In this document: positions 1 through 12,042 of the stretch, in pieces
Layout: each line of letters starts with the position of its first letter
Numbering within the stretch: the first letter of the stretch is position 1
NCBI GenBank assembly: GCA_965112155.1
Contig: OZ218098.1
Reading direction: 5' to 3' (one strand)
Length of the DNA: 64,000 nucleotides
Source of the DNA: Podarcis liolepis
Lineage: Eukaryota
The notes under the pieces: model-generated
What the model saw: the letters and a program-made list of their open reading frames with translations, nothing else
What the model was told of the DNA's origin: nothing
Databases searched by the model: none
Made by a program: the position numbers and the translations under genes

Positions 1-252
1 TGAGGGTGTTGGGATGCTGGAAGAGAGGGGTGGAATTATGGATAGAGATAATAAGAAACATCTGGAGATGGAAATGATAGACGTAAGAGAGAAAGGATCT
101 TCTGTACAAGTTGAACACAGAAGAAAGCACCATCAAGCTGCTGGCGATCTTTGGGTAAAGAATGGAAGAAATAGAAATGGAAGGACTTTTTCTTTGAATT
201 AAAGATGGGAAAGCATAGCCAAGAGGAAATAGGACTGGAAAATATGGAATTG

Positions 253-684
253 GATAATAATATTAATAACAATAATAAACTTTTATTTATATCCTGCCCT
301 CCCTGGCCTAGACTGGGCTCAGGGCGGCTAACATCGAATATATAACATTGGTATAAAATCAAACAATAGTTAAATTACCTCCTAAAAACAAGTCAGGATC
401 AAATTAAAATCTAATTAGATGGCTTTCCGCAGAATTAGGGTTGGGAACAGTAAATGTTCATCAGGTCCAGCTGTTTACGCTGTTCTTATATGGGCCTGTG
501 AAAATGCTGGGAGGCCTCTTTCATACTAGTTCTTATATAAAAAGAGAAGGGGAGTCAGGCTGAGTCCTGACCAAAGGCCTGCCGGAAGAACTCCGTCCTA
601 CAGGCCCCGCGGAAAGATGTCAAATCCCGCAGGGCCCTGATCTCTTGTGGCAGAGCGTTCCACCTGGCCGGGGCCAAGGCCAAA
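253..684 (-). mobile_element. L2 LINE 3' end
   Basis: Reverse strand encodes ALAPARWNALPQEIRALRDLTSFRGACRTEFFRQAFG, followed by the L2 3' stem-loop and an (ATT)n-like tail; similar to 15100-15428. Confidence 0.8.
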
Positions 685-1350
685 ATTAATAAAGATACAA
701 GTAAATAGTTACGGACTATTACTCCAATAAGAGTTCTTGGAATTTCTTGAACAGAAAGTTGTTATACTGGACTGGAGAAAGACTTTTTTTTGGCCTTTAG
801 CAATAATAACAATCAAAGAACCCTTTTGGGACTTTTTGTGTGGAGAGAAGAATGTCTTGAGGTGTCTGGGATTTAAGATTGGAAAAACGCCAAGCGGATC
901 GAGGACATTATCCTGGAATACATCTAGATACTAACTATTGTGGAATGAATGTTTTGAATAATCTTTATATACATAATTGGCAGATGGAGAACTGGAAGTC
1001 CTTATTTCTCTCATCTCTCTTTTTATTATGATTTCTAGCTTTTGTCTTCTTCTGTAAACTCTACTATACTTATGTTTTGTTCTGTTTTTTGATGTCCTGT
1101 ACTCTGAGTTAATGAGGATACACAAAGGAAGGTGTGTGAGATGCAGAGAAGGGAAGATCTCCCAGAGTGGGAGGCTGATAAGAGGGCATTGCATTTTCCT
1201 TTCTTCCTCCCACTGTTTCTTTTTGTGTTCGTTCGTTCTTTCTTTCTTTCTTGTATGTACATTTGCTTTCTCGTTTTTACTGTTTTTATTTGGGTTAGTT
1301 TGGCTTTTATTGTATTGTATGTTGAAAAGTTTCAATAATAAAAAAGAGAA
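685..1350 (+). mobile_element. Degenerate L1-like or L1-dependent element, probably continuing 1-250
   Basis: A-rich decayed coding-like segment followed by a T-rich 3' UTR ending in aataataaaaaa; family assigned by resemblance only. Confidence 0.35.
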
Positions 1351-1939
1351 GTAACTCACTGGTGCACCTGAACCCTATTGAAAGCAGGAGTGACGTCCCC
1401 ATGCATCAGCTGATGCACAAGGAGTTTAATTCTGCTTGGTTCAGGTGTACAAACTAGTTCCTCACAATGAACTAGTTGGCACACTGAAGCCCTGAAGAAA
1501 AATGGAACTTTCTGCACATCGCCTGATAATGTCATAATGACATCAGCTGACTGATAAGTGAGTGGTCCTGTCCATCTGCCAGGGGTGCGGTGGGGGCCAA
1601 AAACGTTCCCCATCCCATTCAAAATCTACCAGTCAGTTGCAAAAGATGTAGAGTTAAAATGAAAGAACAGGCGGCCTCTGAGCACGTTCTAAGCCTAAGA
1701 ATGTGTTTTATTATCAGAATTGAACAAAGCAAAGAGTCCTTTCACGCAGATATGCACTACTGGTTAGCTTCCTTAAATTTCAACAACGTAATTTATGGTG
1801 GTTTTATTGTTGCTGCTGTTAAGAAATTCGGAGCCAGAAATGGGCCAAAAATTCCGTCACTCCTGGTCTAGAAGATTTTGAAAACACTTTTTAAAAAATT
1901 TAAATTTGTAGGTGTACTAACTTATTGTACCTCTTGTAG

Positions 1940-2051
1940 ATAGAAAAGCTAATGGCTATGCAAGAAAAACTAAAGGCAGAGTCAGACGAAGAAATCAAAC
2001 ACCTTTGGTCTCAACTGGATAGTGCTCGGGCAAGTCGCCAAGAATTAAGTG
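1940..2051 (+). CDS. PCNT: PCNT exon 1 in window ([10 protein letters not shown]...[10 protein letters not shown])
   Basis: ttgtag acceptor, G|gtacgt donor, phase 0 to 1; not in ORF track. Confidence 0.93.
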
Positions 2052-5000
2052 GTACGTTTGTGGATTTGACATAGAATCATTGTAACCTGTAACTTGCTTT
2101 CTGTTCATTTTTAAATTCTAGGGTCTGATTCTCTATCATTCAGTGAAGCATTTTATTTTATGCTATTAAAGTTAAGGTAAAGGTACCCCTGCCCATACGG
2201 GCCAGTCTTGACAGACTCTAGGGTTGTGCGCTCATCTCACTCTAGAGGCCGGGAGCCAGCGCTGTCCGCAGACACTTCTGGGTCACATGGCCAGCGTGAC
2301 GAAGCTGCTCCGGCGAACCGGCACCAGAGCAGCAGACGGAAACGCCATTTACCTTCCCGCTATAAAGCAGTACCTATTTATCTACTTGCACTTAAGGGTG
2401 CTTTCAAACTGCTAGGTGTGCAGGAGCTGGGACCGAACGACGGGAGCTCACCCCACCGCGGGGATTTGAACTGCCGACCATGTGATCGGCAAGTCCTAGG
2501 CGCTGCGGTTTTACCCACAGCGCCACCCGCATCCCCTTTATGCTATTAAGTAATGCCATATAAAGTAACAATATTTTATATTCTTCTTAATGAGTAATTA
2601 GCTGAGGAACTGTTAACGCATGTTTGTGAAACTCTCAGTTTTAATTTCAGGATTTTAGGTTACTTTCTCAGATTTGAGGATTGACATAATTTACATTTTA
2701 TCCTGTTCAAAAATAATATTAAGTTTCTAAAAATATTTTTATTATTTCAGGTATACACAAAATATAACATACAGGCTAAATTTATGGCACAAATAATCTT
2801 GATGCCATTCATTATGAATCTTAACAATTAATTTGAAACATTAACTCAGTGATTTGTATTTATATAGTAGCTCTTGAATTATTATTATTATTTCCTCCTT
2901 TTTCCACTTGAGGTATGCTGTTTAATGAATATAACATAATGATACATTGAGTAGTTAACATTGATAAATGAGCTGTAAAATTTGTTATACTCATCTTCAG
3001 ACTTGGCAATGTTTATATTTACTTTCTTCATTTTATTATGCATTTAACCTGGCCAATATTAATAGATCCCAAGCTTTTTTGGGTTTTTATGCAAATCTTG
3101 GAAAATGTAAATATAGGTGGAGTTGTTAGATATCCAGTGTTTTCACACAGAACAAGCTTTCCTATCTTCCCCCTGCACCCCCTGATGTGTTCTGGAGGGT
3201 CCCCAAAACGTACATGACCAGACTGAGGGATGGCAAGGGGAAGGAGATCAAGTCCCATTACACAAGCAACCTCAGAACTTGTAATAAGTTCTATTCAAGT
3301 TAATAAAGTGCTTCTTAGCATCCAAGGCACTTAAGGTCAAATGTTAAGCTTAGTCTTCTTAATAGCGTTGTCCTGTGTGTGTGTTGTACTTCTTGAGAAG
3401 CTTGTTTTATTTTAATATACTGTATTAAAATAAGAGAGTATTATCTTGATCTTTCACCAGAGTTGAAAGAACAGCTGCTTGCTCGCACTTCACACATGGA
3501 AGAAATGGAATACCTGAAGAAGGATTTTCAACTTAAATGGGATAAAAAAAAAAGTGAACATGAAAATGAACTGGAACAATTAAGACTTTATTTTGAACAG
3601 AAATTAAAGTCTGTGGAAGAAAACTACAGAGAAGAATTAACAATGCTGCATCAGAGGCTGCGGGAAATGAAAGATTATTCCCTATTAGAGGTGGAGAACA
3701 GCCAAGATGTACATGTGGAATTTGGGTAATGCTAATAATTTAGTAACTTGATCTGTAGCATCAGATTCTTGGAATGTGTAATGAAAACTACAGTGGTACC
3801 TTGGTTTACGAACTTAATCCATTCTGGAAGTCTGTTCTTAAACCAAAGCATTCTTAAACCAAGGCATGCTTTCCCATAACAGCGGGGGGCTCAATTTACA
3901 AATAGAACACACTCAACAGGAAGCAGAATATGTTCTGCTTGCAACGCAGACTTCACAAACCAAAACACCTACTTCTGGGTTTGCAGCGTTCTTAATCCAA
4001 GTTGTTCATAAACTAAACTGTTCTTAAACCAAGGTACTGTTGTATTTGTAGTTGTAGTTTCCTCTGGCAGGCAGGACAGGTGGTCATGTTGGAGAACTCC
4101 TGAAGCCCTCGCCTTGACTCCTGGCTAGGGGAGAACCTTTTTTACTACCACACTTTGATACTCATAGGAGCATCTAGCAGCTGTAGGGTGCACTAGATTT
4201 CTGTTTGTCACAGCTAGGATTGGGTTAGCTTGATTGTCATGTATCCATTTTTTTAAAAAAAGAGTTAATGTTGTTTTGAAGAGTCCCCTTTTTGAAGAGC
4301 CCCTGTCCCTGACCAGCCTTTCAAGGAAGTGTTGTGCAATTGCTTGACCTCATGTTTTGTCTCTGGAAAAGCTATTATTTGTTGCCAATGCTTATATTTA
4401 TTACCAGGCAGACATTAGTTACCTAAGTTGGTTTTCACAAGCTCAGTCTTGCATTCTGTGAGCGACTTGTAAAATATTGGTTAGTTCAAACCACTCGGAG
4501 AATGGGAATCCTTTGCTAATCCTGATTTAGATTATTTTTTTCAAGAGGCAAGCTGACAGTGTCTTTCATATACTGTTTTTGTTCTAGTGAATGCTTATGA
4601 TCTGTCTGCAGCTGCTTCAAGTTGAGGGTGGCTTAGGAAACATGGTTGATGTTTCTTACTGGGAACATGGTGGAGTGCAGTCAGTGTAAGATTATACCCT
4701 GTCCTCCAGCCTCTCAGCTGATGCCGCCAGGGAGTTCAGTTGATAGGCGGGTTCAGTGGGTGGGTGTGGTTTAAGGAAAATTCACTACCTCATGTTATAC
4801 TTCCAGTGGAAATTTTAGGTACCCTAAATGCTTACAAACTAAAGAGAGAGCCTGTTGATAAAAGCTGATAATAGCTTTTGTGGGATTTGTATATTTAATT
4901 GGAATTTAAAATTTATTTAAGGTAAAATCCTGAATGACTCCAGAGTCCCAAACAGCTGTTTCTTCCCACACCAAAGCAGCTACAGCTAGAGAGAACATGG

Positions 5001-5319
5001 AAAGCAGCTAAAACAGTTATTTTACTGTTTTCATGGGCAATGCAAAGCAACATGGTGCTGTGAATTTCTGTGGATTAGCCATGCACCATTCAGTACCTCT
5101 GTGAAGGCTGGAGCCTTCAGTTTGTGGACCTGTCTGTGCCTGGCCCTTCCCTGTCTGGGGAACATTTGGGAAGGCCTGAGCTGCATTATCCAGGCTGTAG
5201 CATCATGGCAGGCCTGGCTGCTGAACAGTGGAAAATGCTTCTCCTGTAGCAAAATCTCTGCTAAGGTGGCTTCCACCTACGTGAGCTCTAGATCCTAATT
5301 GCAACCAATTAGAAAAGAT

Positions 5320-5365
<46 letters not shown>

Positions 5366-8300
5366 TGCATACCACAACTCTTAATGATGTGGTGGTGGGG
5401 AACCCTGAGGTTTATAACTAGTGTGATAGAGTTAAGTGAAGTGTGAACTGGCTTACATATGGATACAGGAATCTTAATCTCATGATTGTGGTAACTGAAA
5501 AAAGTGAATCCGTGGTTGTAGAAATGAATACTACTTCATGCTAACATTTTCTTACATGATTACATTACCATGGTTGCTTCTGTGTGACTTTAAATCACCC
5601 CCAAATTTACAGTTGAGTATATAGAATGATGGAGTTGGGTGATCTAGTCCAACTGTTTGCTGCTGCAGGAAATCTACTGGTGTTGTATTCCTCATAGGCG
5701 GCCATCCAGCCTCTCCTTTAAAACATCTAATGTGGGAGAGTTCATCACTTTCTGAGGCATTCTGTTCCACCACAGCTTATACCATTAGGGTCTTCCAAAT
5801 ATTTCAGTGAAATCCTATTTCTTGTAATGTGAACACTTTATTTTGGGTCCAACTCTGGAGCAGTTAAAAACAAATGTACTCCAGCATCTTATATGATAGT
5901 CATTTGAATATATGAAGAAGGCTATCATATTGCCTAATAATCTATAAATCTCTTCTTCATACTAAACATACCCATTGATAAAGATACTGAAAACTGCTTT
6001 ATTACTTTACTAAAGTTATTGCTTTATTAAATTATAATATAGTAAAGCATATAAGTAATGCTATAATAAAGTAATGCTATAATAAAACATTACTTTATTA
6101 AAGTTATTAAGACCTTGTTACTTACTCTTTTGAAATTTCCCCCCATAACAGTTCATCTGCCATATTTTCAGAAGAGATGACCGAAAAGGAGAGACATGAT
6201 CTATTTGGGCAGCTAACTCAGCAACTGGAACGCCACAAGGTAAATTACTAGCTAGTAATAAAAAGGCATATTTGGCTTGCCAGACAAAATGACCCACCCC
6301 CCAACTCCATGTTCTGTTCTGGGGATTGTTGCTGAGGGCCACCAAAAAAGGCCTTAAGGGCAGCATTCAGCCCTTGGGATGTACGTTGAGCCATCCTGCT
6401 GTAGTGGATAGTCTAGAGCAGAGCTTTCCAAACTCTACATGTTGGTGACGCACTTTTTAGACATGCATCTTTTTGTGACACAGTAATCCAGTTTTGCTAG
6501 CAAACCAGAGGTTAAACTAACTCCTTTCCAGACTTGGGAGGAGTGTGGGGAACATTCGCACAACACACCTACACCCTGCAGCTGACACACTAACGTGTTG
6601 CGACACACAGTTTGGAAAGCTCTGGTCTAGAGTAAGCCTCACGACCCCTAAGTTCAGCAGTCGCTACAGTGAGCTAAGGTTCCAGATTGGGTTCCGCCTC
6701 CAAGCCTGACGCTGGTGTTGAAGGACAACTGATCCTGCCGCTACCAGAAGGAGACAACTGAACCAGTTGCCACCACACCAAAGCCTGTAGAACCAAGCCA
6801 GAATCGTCATGAGTGCCTTCCCATGTGCTTAGGGAAGCAACTGCCTCCCCCCACCCCACCCCATCTCACCAGTCTAGGCTATGGAATGCAGAAATGTCTG
6901 TCTTCAGGCCAGAGGGTGAAACCTTTTAAGATTATTGAGATTGCATTTGAGACTGCTGAATCACACTGTTGACTCACATTAAGCTTGTCTACTAAGACCC
7001 CTAGATCCTTTTCACACGTACTGCTAGTAAGGCAGGTGTCCCCATCTTATATTTGTGCAGCTGGCTCTTCCTTTCTAAGTGCAGAACCTTACATTTTTCC
7101 CTATTGAAATTCATCTTGTTAGTTTGGGCTCAGTTCTCCAATCTGTTAAGGTCATTTGGAATCCCAATTCTGTCTTCTGCAGCATTAGCTGCTCCTACCA
7201 GTTTGGTGTCATCTGCAAATTTGATGAGCATCCCCTCAATTCCTTCATCCAAGTAATTTATAAAAACATTGAACAACAGTGTGCCTAGGACAGAACCCCA
7301 CTTTTGTCCAGGATGATGAAGCACCATTAATGAGCACTCTTTGGGTTCAGTCAGTCATCCAGCTATAAATCCAGCTAACAGTTATCTTAGTCAACCCACA
7401 TTTTACCAGCTTCTTCACAAGAATATCATAGGGGACTTTGCCAGAAGCTTCACTGAAATCAAGATACACTATGTCCACAGCATTCCCCCAATCCACCAAG
7501 TTTTTAACTCCATCAAAAAGAGAAATGGGATTTGTCTGACATGACTGGGATTTTGGGAAACCCAGGCTGGGTCTTAGTAATCACCACATCCTTTCCTAAG
7601 TGCCCACAGACCAACTGTTGCATTATCTGTTCTAGGACCTTTCATGGTATCGATGTCAAGCTCACTGGTCAGTAGTTACCTGGGTCTTCTCTCCCCCCTC
7701 ATTTGAAGATGGGGATAACATTTGCCTGCCTCCAGTCTGCAGGGACTTCACCTGTTCTCCAAGAATTCTCAAAGATTAGAGTCTCTGAGATTACATCCAC
7801 AAGCTCCCTTGGGTTCAACTCATCAGGCCCTGCAGATTTGAGTTCATTTAATGTAGCTAGGTGTTCCCTTACCACCTCTTTTCCTATCTTGGGCTGCAGC
7901 TCTCTCCTTGCATTATTTATTCTGTTATCACCAGGTTGGGCACTGCTTTCCTTTTGGGTGAAGACAGAGGCAAAGTAGGTGTCTAACAGTTCCTCCCTGT
8001 TGTTGAGGATCAGGTACAAGATAGATGATCCCCTTGTAGCTTCCTTTACCTTCAGGAAAATGAAATTGTCTATGAGGCAGCTGAGGAATTTGTTGGACCT
8101 TACATTGTTGGCAGAGTTTTTGTTCCAATAGCTATTGGGTAGTTGAAGTCTCCCATGACTACTGTATCTCTCCTTTTGGAATGTTTGACTATCTACTCTA
8201 GGAAGGCATCATCCAAGTCTTCAGTCTGGCTTGGAAGTCTATAGCCAGGGCTGGCCCTCCCATGATGTAAGGTGAGGCGTTCCATTCATCCTAATGGACC

Positions 8301-11300
8301 AGTCTCCATAGCATAGTAGTGTTGCTGTTGCAGTCCACCTTGGGTAAGGCTGCAACCCAGTAGTGGATATCAATTCACATGAAGACCAGTGCTACTTATG
8401 GCTTATGATCAATTCTAATTCTGTTTATTAATACATTAGCATTCAGTTTTCCATCCTGATTGTGGCTGTACTAGCAACTAAGGCAGAGCTACTTGTTGCA
8501 TTTTATTGCTGATAGCCCCCAAAGGGCTGTGAACAATTAGCGCCGTGTAAACTGCTTGTTTTAGTTGTTGGCACCTGTCTGTCTGCTGCATTTGTTTGTT
8601 TTTGTTTAATCGTTTAGTCGTGTCCAACTCTTCGTGACCCCCTGGACCGGAGCACGCCAGGCACTCCTGTCTTCCACTGCCTCCCGCAGTTTGGTCAAAC
8701 TCATGCTGGTAGCTTCGAGAACACTGTCCCACCATCTTGTCTTCTGTCGTCCCCTTCTCCTTGTGCCCTCAATCTTTCCCAACATCAGGGTCTTTTCCAG
8801 GGAGTCTTCTCTTCTCATGAGGTGGCCAAAGTACCGGAGCCTCAGCTTCACGATCTGTCCTGCTGCATTAGCAGCACCAAAGTAACCTCCTCGGGGCACA
8901 AGCCTGGGCAGCCTGTATGGAGGTTCTAGGCTGTCTAGACGACAAGTTCCCTCTCTTGGCCTCACTGATGTGGGACAAAGGAAAGCAGAGCAAAACATTT
9001 GGCACCAGCTTGGCTGCAGGCGTTGCTGGAAGGAGGAGTACAAGGCGCCATCCAACTGTCTTAGGGGCTCCACTTTGGATTTGGATTTACTTCTTAGCCT
9101 TTTCTTCTTGTGAAGTATAGTTTAGTAAAACAAGTGTTTTGCATGGAAAATTTAAAATGGATATGTTTCATAAATCTTACCAGTGTTTTTCTTCTGCATG
9201 TTGGCTTCAGGAAGAACTCTCTTGTTTACGGTTGCATTTGGATAATAAACACAGAAGTGAGGTAGAGTTACTAAGGTCTTCCCTCACACTTCAGTATGAA
9301 GAGAGCCTAAAGAAAATGAGGATGGATCTTTCAGATAGATTCACTTCTGAAATGGAGCAGCTGAAAAGAAAACATTGTTTAAGTCTTGAACAGCTCCGTG
9401 CCAAAATGTCAGAAGAGCACCTCAGAGGTAAGCAGTTGCAGGACATAAGAATAACATGTGAAATTTTAATTTCCAAAATTACATTTATATGGAAAAGGCT
9501 AGCTCTGTGTTCTAAACCAGTGAAATACATTGCTTTACTACAGTGCTCAGGCTATCACTTTCTAAGAATGGCTTTAGTTGATTTACCCTGTGAAACTAAT
9601 ATAAGGCCACAGAGGCCACCTATGCGTCAATTGATAAGGATGGTTCGAGGACTTCCCCCAAACAACGGACCTGCTCCTTCAGAGGGAATGCAGTCACCTC
9701 ACCTGTTTGCTGGATCTGAGAACCATTTGCCCACAAAAGTGCTGCCTCTCCAGGATTCATACTCAACTTATTAACCACCATCAGTCCACCACTGCATGCA
9801 GGCACCTGTCCAGGTCTTTCACCATCTCTCCTGAATCAGATGTAACAGAGAAATAGAGCTGGGTATCATCAGCATACTGATTACACCTTGACACTAAGAT
9901 GTCAAAGAGATAAACAACCACCTGACATTCAGAAGACATCTTAAGGCAGCCCTGTTTAGGGAAGTTTTTCATGTGTGACATCTTAGTGTATTTTTGGTCT
10001 TTGTGGAAGCCACCCAGAGTGGCTGGGGAAACCCAGCCAGATGGGCGGGATACAAATAATAAATTATTAGTAGTATTGACCTCAAACTCCTAGTGGCTGC
10101 TCCCAAAGGCTTCATATAGCTGGGGACAAAATAGAGACCTGTGCAGAGGTTTAAAATAACTTTTGTTAAAAAAACAGAAGCTTTTTTTTGGTAGGCATTG
10201 TAGGACAGGAATTGCCAAAAGAGCGGAAGAAGTTATTCATGTATTCTACAACGGCAGCTAGGATTCTACTAGTTCAAAAATGGAAAGATGACAAGATACC
10301 AACAAAAGAAGAATGGCAAGTCAAACTTACGGAATACGCAGAAATGGCAGAACTCACAGGAGGACTCGGAGACAATGACAATGAAGACTTTAAAAAAGAC
10401 GGAACTGTTCATGTTGTATCTACAGAAATATTGTAAAGAAATGGACTCACTAGCAGGGTTTGAGTAAACACAACTAAGAAAACAAGTGTAACGGTTAAGA
10501 AACAACAATATGGAAATTAATCAAGTGTAGGATGTAACTTGAAAGAAAATTTGGTATAAAAATGATAAGAATATAAGAGCATTTAGCTAAAAGATCAGAA
10601 AAATAAGACAAAAATTAAGCAGAAGTAGCAAATATTTAAAGAAGTTGAAGTTGAAGGAAGTCATGGCGTGGGGGGGGGAGTTTCGTTTTCTTTTCTTTTT
10701 TCTCTTTTATATGGTAAATGTGTTGAACATTAAATTGTAAAATCTAATAAAAATTTATTTTAAAAAAGCTAATAAAAAATAGAGACCTGTGCGATCCCAT
10801 AGCATAATTGCCATGGGCCAGAGGATCAGCCTCCCAGTACTGGGGACACAACCCTGCAAATAGGAATGGAACCCCTGTAACAGCAGTGTTAATAATCTTC
10901 TAATAGTGTTAATATTCTAATCTAAACTAAGATTATAGCAATGAAACACTAAATATGTCTTGTTCAGTATTTTGTTGCAATTATGAAAACTGATGAAAAA
11001 TATTTTAAACTTTTATTATTTTCAGAAATTGCTAAACTTGGTCTACAAAGTGCTCAAGATGCTGCGCGTCAAGTAGAAATGGAAGTGGCTGAGCGATGCT
11101 TGGCACTAGAAAATGAGTACAAAGCTAAACTTTGTGTTCTTCAGGTTGAGACCCAAAAAGAAGACATAGAAGAATTGAGGAGAGAAAATACAAAATTAAA
11201 GGAAATTAGTGTGTGTCAAGAAATGCATTGGAAGGAGGAGCTGGAGCAGGTAAAATATGGAGGGATGTTGATATATTGTGTTTCTGAGAAATAATTAAGG

Positions 11301-11991
11301 ATTTTAATTAATAATACATATATGTATCAACAATTTTTCAAAAATACATTTTGTTCTACATTATATTTTCAAAAATAAATTGTTCACTTGGACACCTCTT
11401 AAGATATTGTAACTAAATTTGGCACAGTAGTTCCTGAGATCAAGTAACAGGGTTTTGTTTTTTGTTTTGTTATGTTTGAATACTGTTCGATGGCATGTTG
11501 AATCAAGCTGGCAGACTGAACCTTTCAGAATTGCATTTATTGTCAGTGAGGGCTGCTGTTAGCTTCTTTGAATTCCCAAACACCAGGAGTTCCTTGCTAG
11601 TTACAGTGGTACCTCTGGTTATGAACTTAATTTGTTCCGGAGGTCCCTTCTTAACCTGAAGCTGTTCTTAACCTGAGATACCACTTTACCTAATGGTGCC
11701 ACTGTGCCGCCACCACGTGATTTCTGTTCTCATCCTGGGAGCAAAGTTCTTAACCCGAGGTACTACTTCTGGGTTAGTGGAGTCTGTAACACAAAGTGTT
11801 TGTAACCCAAGGTGTTTGTAACCTGAGGTACCACTGTATTAAGAAACATTTACAGCCCTTATTTCAAAGTAAATATGCATAGAAAATTCCTCTTTAGTTT
11901 ATGGGTCTTAATTCTGAGTAAATGTACATCGGATTGCAGCATAAAATCATTGACTAATTCTGTTAAAATATAGAGAGTCTGGTTTGTGTAG

Positions 11992-12042
<51 letters not shown>

